Assembly (NCBI GenBank): GCA_052327205.1
Contig: CM126209.1
Span: 33,790,001 to 33,854,000, forward strand
Direction of reading: 5' to 3'
Source: Somniosus microcephalus
Lineage: Eukaryota
DNA: 64,000 nucleotides
In this document: in pieces, positions 12,761-23,473 of the stretch
Layout: every line of letters starts with the position of its first letter
Numbering within the stretch: position 1 is the stretch's first letter
The notes under the pieces: model-generated
The model's input: the letters and a program-made list of their open reading frames with translations, nothing else
Told to the model about the DNA's origin: nothing
Database searches by the model: none
Translations under genes and position numbers: made by a program

Positions 12761-13569
12761 TGTGATCGAGTCTTTTTCATGTTATGAGAAAGCAGAGGCT
12801 GCTATCCGTACTCTTAATGTTACAAAATAGCCTCTGAGGTGCAAAGCTCGGCACTCGAGCATAAGCATATTTGCACAAAGCCTTGCTGCCAGACAGAATA
12901 TGAGTCGTTACCTGCAGTGTGACTCTATATTGGCATCAGTGCTTTGCAGTCTGCATCTACCAGTAGATAGTATAACTGCAGCCTTGGAGTCACCTTGGGC
13001 TTCCAATAGGTTCATTTCATACATATCTTTCCAAGCACGTGTATCTTTTAATTTATTTCTTACACTTAAGAAGTGAAGCAATATGAACACAATAAACCTT
13101 ATATATCCATTGGGACATGAGTTTTGGCTGTTTAGCCTCTTAGAACATATTTTAAGCCCATCCGAAATTACAAATTGGTAGAAAACCAAAATATGTATAA
13201 ATCTGTTCGAGATAAGCTCCAAGAACATTAAATATGAAGATAATTACAAGTCAGACTACTTTTAGTATACACTAGCAGTCTAGGCTTGTTTGGTCACTCC
13301 TGCTCACAAAAGTGAGCTCCTAGTGAAAGACTACACTGCAGCCCTGAGCAAACAAACATTTTGCAGAACAGATGTGGGCAGCTAACACTCGTCGTCGACA
13401 TCTTCAATAAGCTTAACCACCAGGCAAAATTAAACTTGACCTGAAACCTAGATGCCAACCAGGAACCATAATTCATCTTCTCAAACCATACAGCCTACCG
13501 TTTCCTGCTGGTGAATCTGGGGCTCATGTCACAAGACAAGTTTGGCTCATTTGATTCAATTTTCCCAGG

Positions 13570-13910
13570 ATACCAACCCTACCATCTTCCCATTACAGTA
13601 TCTAGCTGCTTCTTCAATGTTTGCTGTCCACTGGCCTCACCCACCTTTCATGACCACCCATTTTCACTATTGATTACGCTCTATGTAAAGAAACGCTGCC
13701 TGGCATTTGCCCTCAACTTGCATTTCACAACACTAACCGTCTGTGCCCTCTTGTCTTACTGTCTTGGCATTTCTGAAAGTATTGTTTCAGATTCCCCATC
13801 CTGTTAAATATCTTATATACCTCTGAAAAGCCACCTCCGAGACTTCTTTTTTGAGGCTGAAAACCTCTGTTTTATCAGCTTGTTCCTCACAGCTCCTCTC
13901 ATTATCACTG
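13570..13910 (-). mobile_element. Old CR1-like fragment
   Basis: Weak similarity to the minus-strand CR1 copies at 31030-31435 and 35851-36140. Confidence 0.45.
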
Positions 13911-14014
13911 GAGTAGATCGCTTGCGAAATTCTGGTCTGTGGTAAGCTGCAAAGAAGCTTTTAACTAAAAGGTTCATGTTCAGGGTATTAGAATTGCCCT
14001 CATCCCCTTTGGAA

Positions 14015-14240
14015 TAAGCAGAGGGAAAAATGTCAGTGTTTCTGTTTGCAATTCCTGTCCAGTAACTCCCACTCATGTGGATATCGAGTGATGGCAGGAT
14101 TGGGCACAGGTGTGATGCCTGTCATGGCCTACCACTATCTAGTCTCACACACAACGAATGGCCACTTGGATGAGCTACCCCGGTGCCTGTGGAACCATAT
14201 CCCAGCCTGGGTCGCCACCTTCGAGGGGACAAGAAGAAAA
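14015..14240 (+). mobile_element. SINE-like dispersed repeat fragment
   Basis: Shares TCCAGTAAC / GGATTGGGC / AATGGCCACTTGGATG / GGAACC blocks with 48270-48600. Confidence 0.45.
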
Positions 14241-14694
14241 TTGGAGGGGGAAAAGGAAAAGTTTAACAATCGCAGGTAGTAGTTTACGGAAAAAGAACGA
14301 ATCTATCGGAAATATAGTTCACGTTGAAAGTACTTCCAAACGTTACTTTTCTGTTTTAACTAAAATATTAAACTAATCCTGACATGTATTACAAAGTGAA
14401 GTAAATCCACAAGTAAATAAAAGATTTAACTGAAAAGACGGACAAGCTTTTAAAATTCAAACAAGCAATAGGTCCATTATTAAAAGTGAAGGACCCTGAG
14501 GTTTCAAGTTCTGAATAAGTTATTGATAAATTTAGGTTCTACTCACCAGACTGTTCCAATGTGCATCTCAGTGATGCTTCTCACAGTTATGATGCTCATT
14601 ATAATATCTATAACACCATAAAAAAAAACAAGGGAGCATTGTAGAATCAGAATTTCAATAAGTAATCTGTTAACTAATCAAATGGCTATATCAT

Positions 14695-14874
14695 TGTTGT
14701 GTATGTACCTTTAAGGGAAGAACTGATTCTATACTGCAGTACCGGCAGTGACCACCCCTGTATATAAAGCCATAGCAGGCTTCTGTATTTCAGTCTTGAG
14801 TTCCCCTCTGTTCAGTAAATACCTGTTTTATTGTTCTCCTGCAGTCCGAGTATTATTGATACCCGGACACTACA
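14695..14874 (+). repeat. Element 1 5' LTR
   Basis: TG...CA. Three mismatches in 180 bp against the 3' LTR by eye. TATATAAA inside. Confidence 0.96.
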
Positions 14875-14875
14875 C

Positions 14876-14898
14876 TGGCGACGGGCAGGTTCGAACTC
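14876..14898 (+). promoter_or_regulatory. Primer binding site, tRNA-Ser-like
   Basis: TGGCGACGGGCAGGTTCGAAC begins 1 nt after the LTR. TGGCGACG is complementary to the 3' end of tRNA-Ser(GCT). Confidence 0.75.
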
Positions 14899-15411
14899 AC
14901 CTGCAGTACTGCATCACCTCACGGGGATCTTTTCCCTGAAGAGAAGCTTCTTGGAGGTCGAAGTCAGAACGGCGGGCGTCGACCGCGGGCAACCGCCCAG
15001 GGATCCATCGGAGAGTTGCAGGGGAGGCTGTGGAGAGCTGGGCCTGGCTCCCCAGTCGAGGTGTTCCAGCAAGTCGTGCTGGTAGCAGGTAGTGCGCTGA
15101 CCCTTCCGGACTGCGGCGGGCTCGGGCTCGATCGAGCGGCTCTGCAAAGGGGCCGTGCAGCGTCGTCGGGAGGAAGAGAGAGAGGGTGGAGCGCACAGGG
15201 CGTGGTCGGTGCTCAAGAACCAGGCAGCGTGGAGAGGATAGAACGAGGGGAAGAAAAAGTGATACGCGCCGAAGCCGCGGGCCACCATTACCCTGTAGAA
15301 CGCTAAGAGCAGCGTGGCAGTAAGGAGAAGAAGCAAAAGCGCGGGAGGCGCTATTTTATTCCATTGGGGAAGAAGAAAATGCGCGGGAGGCGCCATTTTA
15401 AATCACTCAAG

Positions 15412-18400
15412 ATGCCGAAGAGTGGTAGTATCACTGCTTTCGACAACGAGGTAGAAGACTGGACCACATATGTGGAAAGAATTGAAGTGTACTGCGAGGC
15501 AAATGAGGTGGCCGATGGAAAGGCGGCGTCGGTATTATTAAATTTGATGGGCGCGAGAACGTACGGCTTATTGCGGAATTTAATTACCCCAGCTAAACCA
15601 ATGGAGAAAAGTTTTGAAGAGATTGTTAATACCTTACAGGAACACCTAAACCCTACACCGTTGCTGATAGCAGAAAGATTCAAGTTGCATAAAAGAAACC
15701 AGCACAAAGATGAGAGCAATGCTGACCATCTTACGGAACTACGCAAGTTATCGAAGCACTGCCAGTTCGGAGCAGGACTGGCAGACACCTTACGGGATAA
15801 GTTTGTCTGCGGGCTCCAGAGTGAAGGAACCCAGAAACGACTACTTTCGGAAAAGGACCTGACGCTAGAACAGGCTTTCAGCATGGCAGTATCCTACGAA
15901 GCAGCAGCACGGGGAGCTGCGGAAATACAACAGAAACCACAAGAATACAGCGCTAACGAAATGGCGTATGGAGCAGAAAAGTGCTATCGCTGCGGCAGAA
16001 CAACCCATGATCAGAAGGACTGCTGGTTTAAGGACAAAGTATGCAGGCAATGTGGGCAAATGGGACACATAGCAAGAGTCTGCAGGTCGGGAAAGAAAAC
16101 CAACACTACAAGAACTACTAAGGAAAAGTACAAGAAAGTAAAGAAATTGACAGACAGTAGTTCGGAAGATCAGGAGAGTGATAAGGACTCCGGGAGCAGG
16201 AGACTAAGTTGTCTAAAGTTACACAACGTGATCGCAAAGGAGGATCACCGAACCATTTGGGTCACCCTCAAGATAGCAGGGTCCCCAGTAAAGATGGAAT
16301 TGGACACAGGATCAACCCTAACTGTCATGAATCGATGAGACTATGAGCGGCTATTCCCACACATACCCTTGAAGGACACGTCCATTGTATTGAAGACATA
16401 CACGGGGCAAAAGGTCTACCCCAGAGGAAAAATAAGGGTGCCAGTTGAATACAACAGCAAGGAAACACAGAAACTGTATCTATATATACTACCAGATGGA
16501 GGACCACCATTATTGGGACGTGAATGGATCCGAAAAATACAATTGGATTGGCATTCCATTCAGGCGCTAACTGTGACTGATAAAAAGGATGATGACGTCA
16601 CACCTGGACGACTGTCAAAGATTCTAACTGACGCGAAAGAGGTGTTCCAACAAGGACTTGGGACTCTAAAAGGAGTAACGGCAACGATAAAAATCGAAGA
16701 TAACGCAAACCCAAAATTTCTTTAAGGCCAGACCAGTACCTTACGCGATCCGCCCAGCCGTTGAAGCAGAGCTGGAGAGTCTGGAGCGTTCGGGTGTGCT
16801 GTCCAAGGTGGACTGGAGCGAGTGGGCCACACCCATCATTCCTGTAATGAAGAAATCATTGAGCAGCACGCCTGGGGAACCGAAGAAGGTTCGCATCTGT
16901 GGGGACTTCAAGGTAACTGTGAACCCAGTCCTGCACACAGTACAATATCCACTTCCACGGATAGAAGATATTTTCGCCTCACTATCTGGAGGGAAACGCT
17001 TTACAAAGATTGATCTGTCCCAAGCGTATCTACAAATGGAGGTGGAAGAAGCATCTAGGAAATACCTCACGATAAACACTCACAAAGGCCTTTACCAGTA
17101 CAATCGACTGGTATTCGGGGTAGCATCAGCCCCGGCTATTTGGCAGAGGGCGATGGAACAAGTCCTGCAAGGGATCTCGGGGACCCAGTGTTATTTGGAC
17201 GACATCCTGGTTACGGGCGAAAATGACAGTGAACACCTTGCCAACCTGGAGCAGGTGCTCACGAGATTACAGGAATATGGGCTACGAGCCAACCGCCCCA
17301 AATGTGAGTTCTTCAGGAGACAAATCTCGTATTGTGGCCACATGATTGATGAGGAAGGGTTGCATAATTCGCCGGACAAGATTGAGGCTGTAGTCAAGGC
17401 TCCAGCACCGGAAAATGTGTCGCAACTGAGGTCGTTCCTCGGGTTAGTGAACTACTACCATAAGTTCTTGCCGAATTTATCTACAATTCTGCACCCACTG
17501 AACGCCCTCCCTGCTGCAAACTGGAGTAACATGGAAATGGAGTGATGAGTGTAAGCGTGCCTTTCAGAATGTAAATGCCTAATCACTTCAAAAGAAGTAT
17601 TGGCCCACTACAATCCAACACTACCGATTCGGTTAGCATGTGATGCGTCTCCCTATGGCATCGGAGCGGTGCTGTCACACAAATTCCTTGACGGTTCAGA
17701 GAGGCCAATAGCCTTTGCGTCGCGCTCGTTAACCTCAGCCGAGCGTAACTATGCCCAGATTGACAGGGAGGCCCTCAGCCTGGTGTGGGGGGTGAAGAAG
17801 TTCAATCACTATCTGCACGGGCAGAAATTCACCCTACTGACTGATCATCAGCCCCTGGTCTCCATTTTTAACCAAAAGAAGGGCGTTCCGGTGATGATGG
17901 CGCAACGGCTGCAAAGATGGTCACTTTTTCTAGGGGCACATCAGTACGACATAGAGTACAAGGGTACGAAACAGCATGGAAACGCTGATGGGCTGTCGCG
18001 CCTACCATTGCCTATGGTAGAGGAAGCACCTGCAGTGGACCCTGTTGAGATATTCCATGCGACCATAGTCGAATGTCTACCTGTTACAGACTCAAGTATA
18101 GAGAAGGAAACCCGAAATGACCCGACACTCTCTCGGGTCTATGATTTGACGGTGAAGGGATGGCCAGCACATGGCGACTCACTGTTGCCAGCATTCTCGC
18201 CAAGGAGAGAACAGCTGTCAGTGTGCCGGGGAACCTTGATGTGTGGATCCCGAGTGGTAAATGCACCAAAGTTGAGAGATAGAGTGCTCAATGAGCTTCA
18301 TGAGGGTCATCTGGGAGGGGTAAAAATGAAGAGCCTAGCCAGGGCGTTTGTGTGGTGGCCGGGAATCGATAAAGAAATCGAGGATATGACCAAGAGATGC

Positions 18401-19371
18401 ACAGGATGCCAGAAGGTCCAAAACGCTCCACCACAGGCCCCGCTACATCCATGGGAGTGGCCCTCATCTCCATGGCAATGGGTACACATTGATTTTGCTG
18501 GTCCATTTATGGACTCAATGTTCCTAATCGCTGTGGACGCCCATTCGAAATGGCCAGAGGTCATCAAAATGTCCTCCACCCCACCACCACGGAGAAAACT
18601 ATTGCAGTCCTACGGACCATCTTCGCCAGGAATGGCTTGCCAGAACAGATTTGCTCCGACAATGGGCCACAGTTTGTGTCAGAGGATTTCCGGAGGTTTC
18701 TGAGGAATAATGGGGTGAAGCATTACACATCTGCCCCATATCATCCAGCCACAAATGGATTGGCTGAGAGGTTTGTTCAGACCTTTAAAAAGGCCATAAA
18801 GGCAATGCACAATGACGACATACCACAACACAAGGTGGATAATTTCTTGTTTGCTTACCGGAATGCGACACATGCAGTCACCAACCAAGCTCCAGCCATA
18901 ATGTTCTTCAACCGAAGGCTAAGATGTCGCCTGGATTTGCTCAAACCAAACATAAGACGAGATGTTGAGGATAAGCAATTCCAGCACATAAATGAGAAGC
19001 CAACCAGGAGCTTCAAGATAGGGCAACCAGTCTTGGCCCGCGACTACCGAACAGAAAAATGGCAGCCAGGAACGATATGCACACAGCAGGGACCACTAAT
19101 GTACACAGTGGACGTTGGCGGGAGCATCATGAGACGCCGTGCTGACCAGATTCTAGAGTCACAGGAACAAGCCAAACCCATACCACGAGCAGGTGCACCT
19201 GGTAATCAACCCGAAGTACAGATTGCGTCTACCTCAGAAGCAATGGTATTGGAAGCTGACAAACCAACCAATGACAATGAGCCAGAATCAACTCCACCGC
19301 AAGAACAGGATACTCGAGAAAGGCGCTATCCAGTCAGGATCAGGAAGCCTCCTCAAAGACTGAACTTATAA
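15412..19371 (+). pseudogene. Element 1 gag-pol polyprotein, disrupted
   Basis: Two CCHC knuckles, protease LDTGS, RT YLDD, RNaseH CDASPYG, integrase HHCC plus HIDFAG/SDNGPQF/GLAERF, ending PPQRLNL*. Stop at 16336-16338 and frameshifts near 16720, 17508, 17575 and 18580. Confidence 0.95.
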
Positions 19372-19467
19372 ATGATTATTTCAGTTGATGTATATAGTAC
19401 AGAGAAAATTGTAATTGTAATTAGTTATTATTTAAGTTGTTAAATGAATGTTATGTACTGTTTATCT

Positions 19468-19480
19468 AAAAGGGGAGGAA
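19468..19480 (+). promoter_or_regulatory. Polypurine tract, element 1
   Basis: AAAAGGGGAGGAA just before the 3' LTR. Confidence 0.9.
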
Positions 19481-19481
19481 T

Positions 19482-19661
19482 TGTTATGTATGTACCTTTA
19501 AGAGAAGTACTGATTCTATACTGCAGTACCGGCAGTGACCACCCCTGTATATAAAGCCATAGCAGGCTTCTGTATTTCAGTCTTGAGTTCCCCTCTGTTC
19601 AGTAAATACCTGTTTTATTGTTCTCCTGCAGTCCGAGTATTATTGATACCCGGACACTACA
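19482..19661 (+). repeat. Element 1 3' LTR
   Basis: Direct repeat of 14695-14874, followed by TSD ATCAT. Confidence 0.96.
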
Positions 19662-19737
19662 ATCATTATCTTACAGACGGGACTGATTGATGGGTAGGCA
19701 CATGCACACATGATCTACACTACTAGTACTATGCTTC

Positions 19738-20132
19738 CTTGAATTTAAAATTCTCATCCTTGTTTTCAAATCCCTCCATGGCCTTGCCCCTCACTATATC
19801 TCTGTAATCTCCTCTAGCCCCCCAACCCTCATATCTGCACTCCTCTAATTCTGGCCTGTTGAGCCTCCCCAACTTTAATCGCTCAACCATTGGTGGCCGT
19901 GCTTTCAGCTACCTAGGCCCCAAGTTCGGAATTCCCTCCCTAAACCTCTCCACCTCTATCCCTTGCTTTCCTCCTTTAAGACACTCCTTAAAACCTACCT
20001 CTTTGATCAAGCATCTGTCCTACGATCTCCTTAGGTGACTCGGTGTCAAATTTTGTTTGATAATGCTCCTGTGAAGTGCCTTGGGACATTTTATTATGTT
20101 AAAGGTGCTATATAAATGCAAGTTGTTGCTGT
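19738..20132 (+). mobile_element. L2 LINE 3' fragment
   Basis: TTTAAAATTCTCATCCTTGTTTTCAAATCCCTCCATGGCC... ending TATAAATGCAAGTTGTTG. Same family as 11750-12760. Confidence 0.88.
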
Positions 20133-20675
20133 TTTATTCTTCAGGCACTGCATTGGAGGTGTCCAAGCCACAACCTGGATCCAGCCCACTTAGCAGTTTT
20201 ATGTGACCTACTACTGCCTTTCATAAATAAAGACAAGCCCTCTCACTCAATAAGCAATGCGCAGAACTCAAAACTTTTGTCACTGCAGTGGGTTTTGCAG
20301 CCACCATTATCACTTTCTTCTTCTCTAAATCTTTCAGAAGATTTTTGCCAGTGCAAATTTCAGATAGAAAGTGACCACCTTATTGGCTGCGGGCACATTG
20401 GTTAAGCATGTGATGTTCTGACGGCCAATAGGAAGGCTGTGAACCAAATTTGCCTCCAATCATAGCCCTATGTCACCGGAATGGCTCTGTGGGAGAAGCA
20501 AAAATGCAAAATGTAGGTCTTTGTATCTAAAACAGAGTAAAATCAAGGATTCTTTGTGACAGGGATTATATTGCTGATAGATTTTGTTTTAGAAAGATCA
20601 GAGAAAGTACTTAAGCACAGAATATGTTCCCCACCAAACCTTTCTTTGCTTTCACCAATTTAGGAGATCTTGGTG

Positions 20676-21110
20676 TCTGGATTGTGGGTTCAAGTCCCAC
20701 TCCAGGGACTTGAGCACATAAAGCTAGGCTGACACTCCAGTGCAGTGCCGAGGGAGCTCTGCACTGTCGGAGGGGCCGTCTTTCGGATGAAACGTTAAAC
20801 CGAGGCCCTGTCTGCTCTCTCAGGTGGACGTAAAAGATCCCATGGCACTATTTCGAAGAAGAGCAGGGGAGTTATCCCCGGTGTCCTGGCCAATATTTAC
20901 CCCTCAATCAACATAACAAAAACAGATTATCTGGTCATTATCACATTGCTGTTTGTGGGACCTTGCTGTGTGCAAATTGGCTGCCGTGTTTCCCACATTG
21001 CAACAGTGACTCCACTTCAAAAGTACTTCATTGACTGTAAAGCGCTTTGAGACGTCCAATGGTCATGAAAGGCGCTATATAAATGCAAGTCTTTCTTTTT
21101 TTCTTTCTTT
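20676..21110 (+). mobile_element. SacSINE1/Deu-domain SINE
   Basis: B-box-like GGTTCAAGTCCC, Deu-type core (GGCTGACACTCCAGTGCAGT...GTCCTGGCCAATATTT) and an L2-like tail ending TATAAATGCAAGTCTTTCTTT. Confidence 0.88.
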
Positions 21111-22175
21111 TGACTTGATTAATTGCACAGATTTCATCTTGATTTCCATTGTCCTGGTTATTTCCAAACTTTTACATAAAGTCCTAAGGGTCCAAAGGTT
21201 CGATCAAGAGTTCAAAGAGAATGTGAAAGGTCTGCAAACTCCTCTTCAGTTCACTCTATCAATCCTATACGATACAAGAACTGGCAAGAGGCACAAATCT
21301 ATCCGGCTAGACAGAGGGTATTTCAGCTGGTGAAGCAAAGCACATAGTAACTTACTGAAGAACAGATCAGATATTGTGCAAAACTAGTTGGGCAAAGCAG
21401 TCCATTAGTGAGTCTTATCTAAAATGAACAAATATGAATGGCTTATCCTCGCTGTCTCCAATTACAGTCTCCCGGTCATTTATTTAAATCCAGAAAGCTT
21501 TACTGTAGCTCAAATAGTACCTCAAACATCCAGCTGTCCACTTCTCAATAACACCATGTGCAGCAAAGGCGGTGTCAATCGGTCAGTCTCCATTAGCTGA
21601 AACCTTCTCCGTGTGGCCTCATATTAGAGAAAAAAATAACAATGCACTGGATAAGGTTGAATAATATTACAATAAATTACCTCAGAAATGCCATTAGTTG
21701 TAAAACCCTAATAGTCCTTTTAAAATTAAAATAATTTACCTGAGAAAGGACCACATAACAGCCATCATTGAGCTGGTTTTATGTTCAATGGAGGTTCGCT
21801 ATGCAACTGGGAGATGTAACTTGGTTTGGTAAGAAAAAGGTTCAAAAAATCAATGTTGCTTAACTGGGACAATATCTTTATTTCTGCCAGAAAAACAGAA
21901 AACGCTGAATATGCAGTATCAAAAATAAAATAAAAGTTTTGGATGTAATCCTTCACCGAAACTGGGATTTCTTTCAGATGCTAATCATGCTATTACACAC
22001 TTCCACGATTTTCTCTCTTTATTTCAGATTTCAACATTCACAGTTTATATTTCTGTACCTCACGGGCTTTTAAGAGTATGGTGGGAATTTTAACTCCCCA
22101 CCTGGGGTGGAAACCAAGTCGGCGGGTTTGGCTGTCATTTATGCAAATTAGGGTCCTATTATATCATGAGGACCC

Positions 22176-22431
22176 TGTAGTGTATGTAACCATTCTACCT
22201 TTAAGAGAACTATTGTATGTAACTGTCCACCTTTAAGAGAACTATTTTAGGTGTTGCACTACTTTATCTTGGCTGCTGTATACTGTAATACCGGGAGTGA
22301 CCACACCGGTATATAAGTGCTGTGTAAGGATTTATTGGGCAGATTCGCCCTGACCTTCGAATAGTAAAGTCCTGTTAAAGTTACTCTTGTAGTCTGTGTA
22401 TTGATTCACCATATAACCCACAGACTTTACA
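22176..22431 (+). repeat. Element 2 5' LTR
   Basis: TG...CA. Three mismatches in 256 bp against the 3' LTR. Internal ~33-bp tandem duplication at its start. Confidence 0.96.
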
Positions 22432-22432
22432 G

Positions 22433-22448
22433 TGGCGACGGGTTCGAT
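22433..22448 (+). promoter_or_regulatory. Primer binding site, tRNA-Ser-like
   Basis: TGGCGACGGGTTCGA. First 10 nt are identical to the element 1 PBS. Confidence 0.75.
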
Positions 22449-22799
22449 CTTACCCTGCGGCAGCGACACACCCGAAGCAGTTAACGAGCGTCGAGAAGAG
22501 GCACCCGCCCTCGTCGTTCGGCTGAGAGAAGACTCGAGTCTGCAGAGCAAGGAAGAAGGAAGGATTCAGACACGAAGCCTTCCATCAGCAACAGGCTGTT
22601 ATTGTCCCTTCTGCCACGGCGGTGAGTGAGCCGATCAGCCAAGAGAAGCAAGTCGGCCACGTTGACTGTGAGTAGGGGGAAAATAAAAAGAAACGGAGGA
22701 TAAGGGCGGTGAACTCGACCACGGTCGGGGGAAAGGAGCCGGACAGAAGTCGGGCCCAGAGGCGCTGAGACTGGGGCAGCGTAGGGCACGGAAGCCACG

Positions 22800-22882
22800 G
22801 TACAAGCGGGAACGCAGCCGGTGTGAGAGACCGGGCTACAAGCGGGAACGCAGCCGGGGTGAGAGATCGGGCTACAAGCGGG
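22800..22882 (+). repeat. 36-bp tandem repeat (about 2.3 copies) in the element 2 leader
   Basis: TACAAGCGGGAACGCAGCCGG(T/G)GTGAGAGA(C/T)CGGGC repeated. Confidence 0.85.
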
Positions 22883-23473
22883 CTGGGAGACGCAACAGCG
22901 TCGTGAGACAGCTAGACCGCGACCGGCGAAAAAGGCCGGGCAGCTACTGAGGCCACGAAGCGCTGCGACCGGGATCGTAAGGCGCGGGAAGATATAAAAA
23001 TAAATAAAACCGCGGAGAACTCAGCCGCAGCCGGGGGAGGAAAGGACCGGACTGCGAGAGGGCTGGGAGGCGCGATTGGAAGCCGCTGAGGGAGAGACAG
23101 AGCCCAAGTGAAGGGGGAACGGGACTGAGCGAGGGAGACCGAGCGAGATTCCGCCCAGCGGCTGGAACTGTTCGCCGCCAACGGGTTGTCCCCAGCGCCG
23201 GTTGCCGGCCGAGAAAAGGGAACAAGGAACGCACTGAAGCCGGCGCGCAGGCTGCGAACTCCGAAAGCCAGCGGTCGTCGCCCGAAGGAAAGCTTACCCC
23301 TCCCGCCAGGGGAAGAAACGTGGGAAGCCGCCAGTAGGCGGGGAAGAAGACAGAAGCGGGAAACCGCCATTTTGAAAGTGGGCGGGGAAGAAGACAAGCG
23401 CGGGAAACCGCCATTTTTGGAAAAAAAAAGGTAACGAACAAATTCGTTGCGGTTTCTCAAAAAGATAGTGAAG

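Larger units (their letters stand above)
14695..19661 (+). mobile_element. Full-length Ty3/Gypsy LTR retrotransposon, Mag-like (element 1)
   Basis: 180-bp LTRs, TSD ATCAT, PBS, PPT and domain order gag-PR-RT-RH-IN. Confidence 0.97.
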
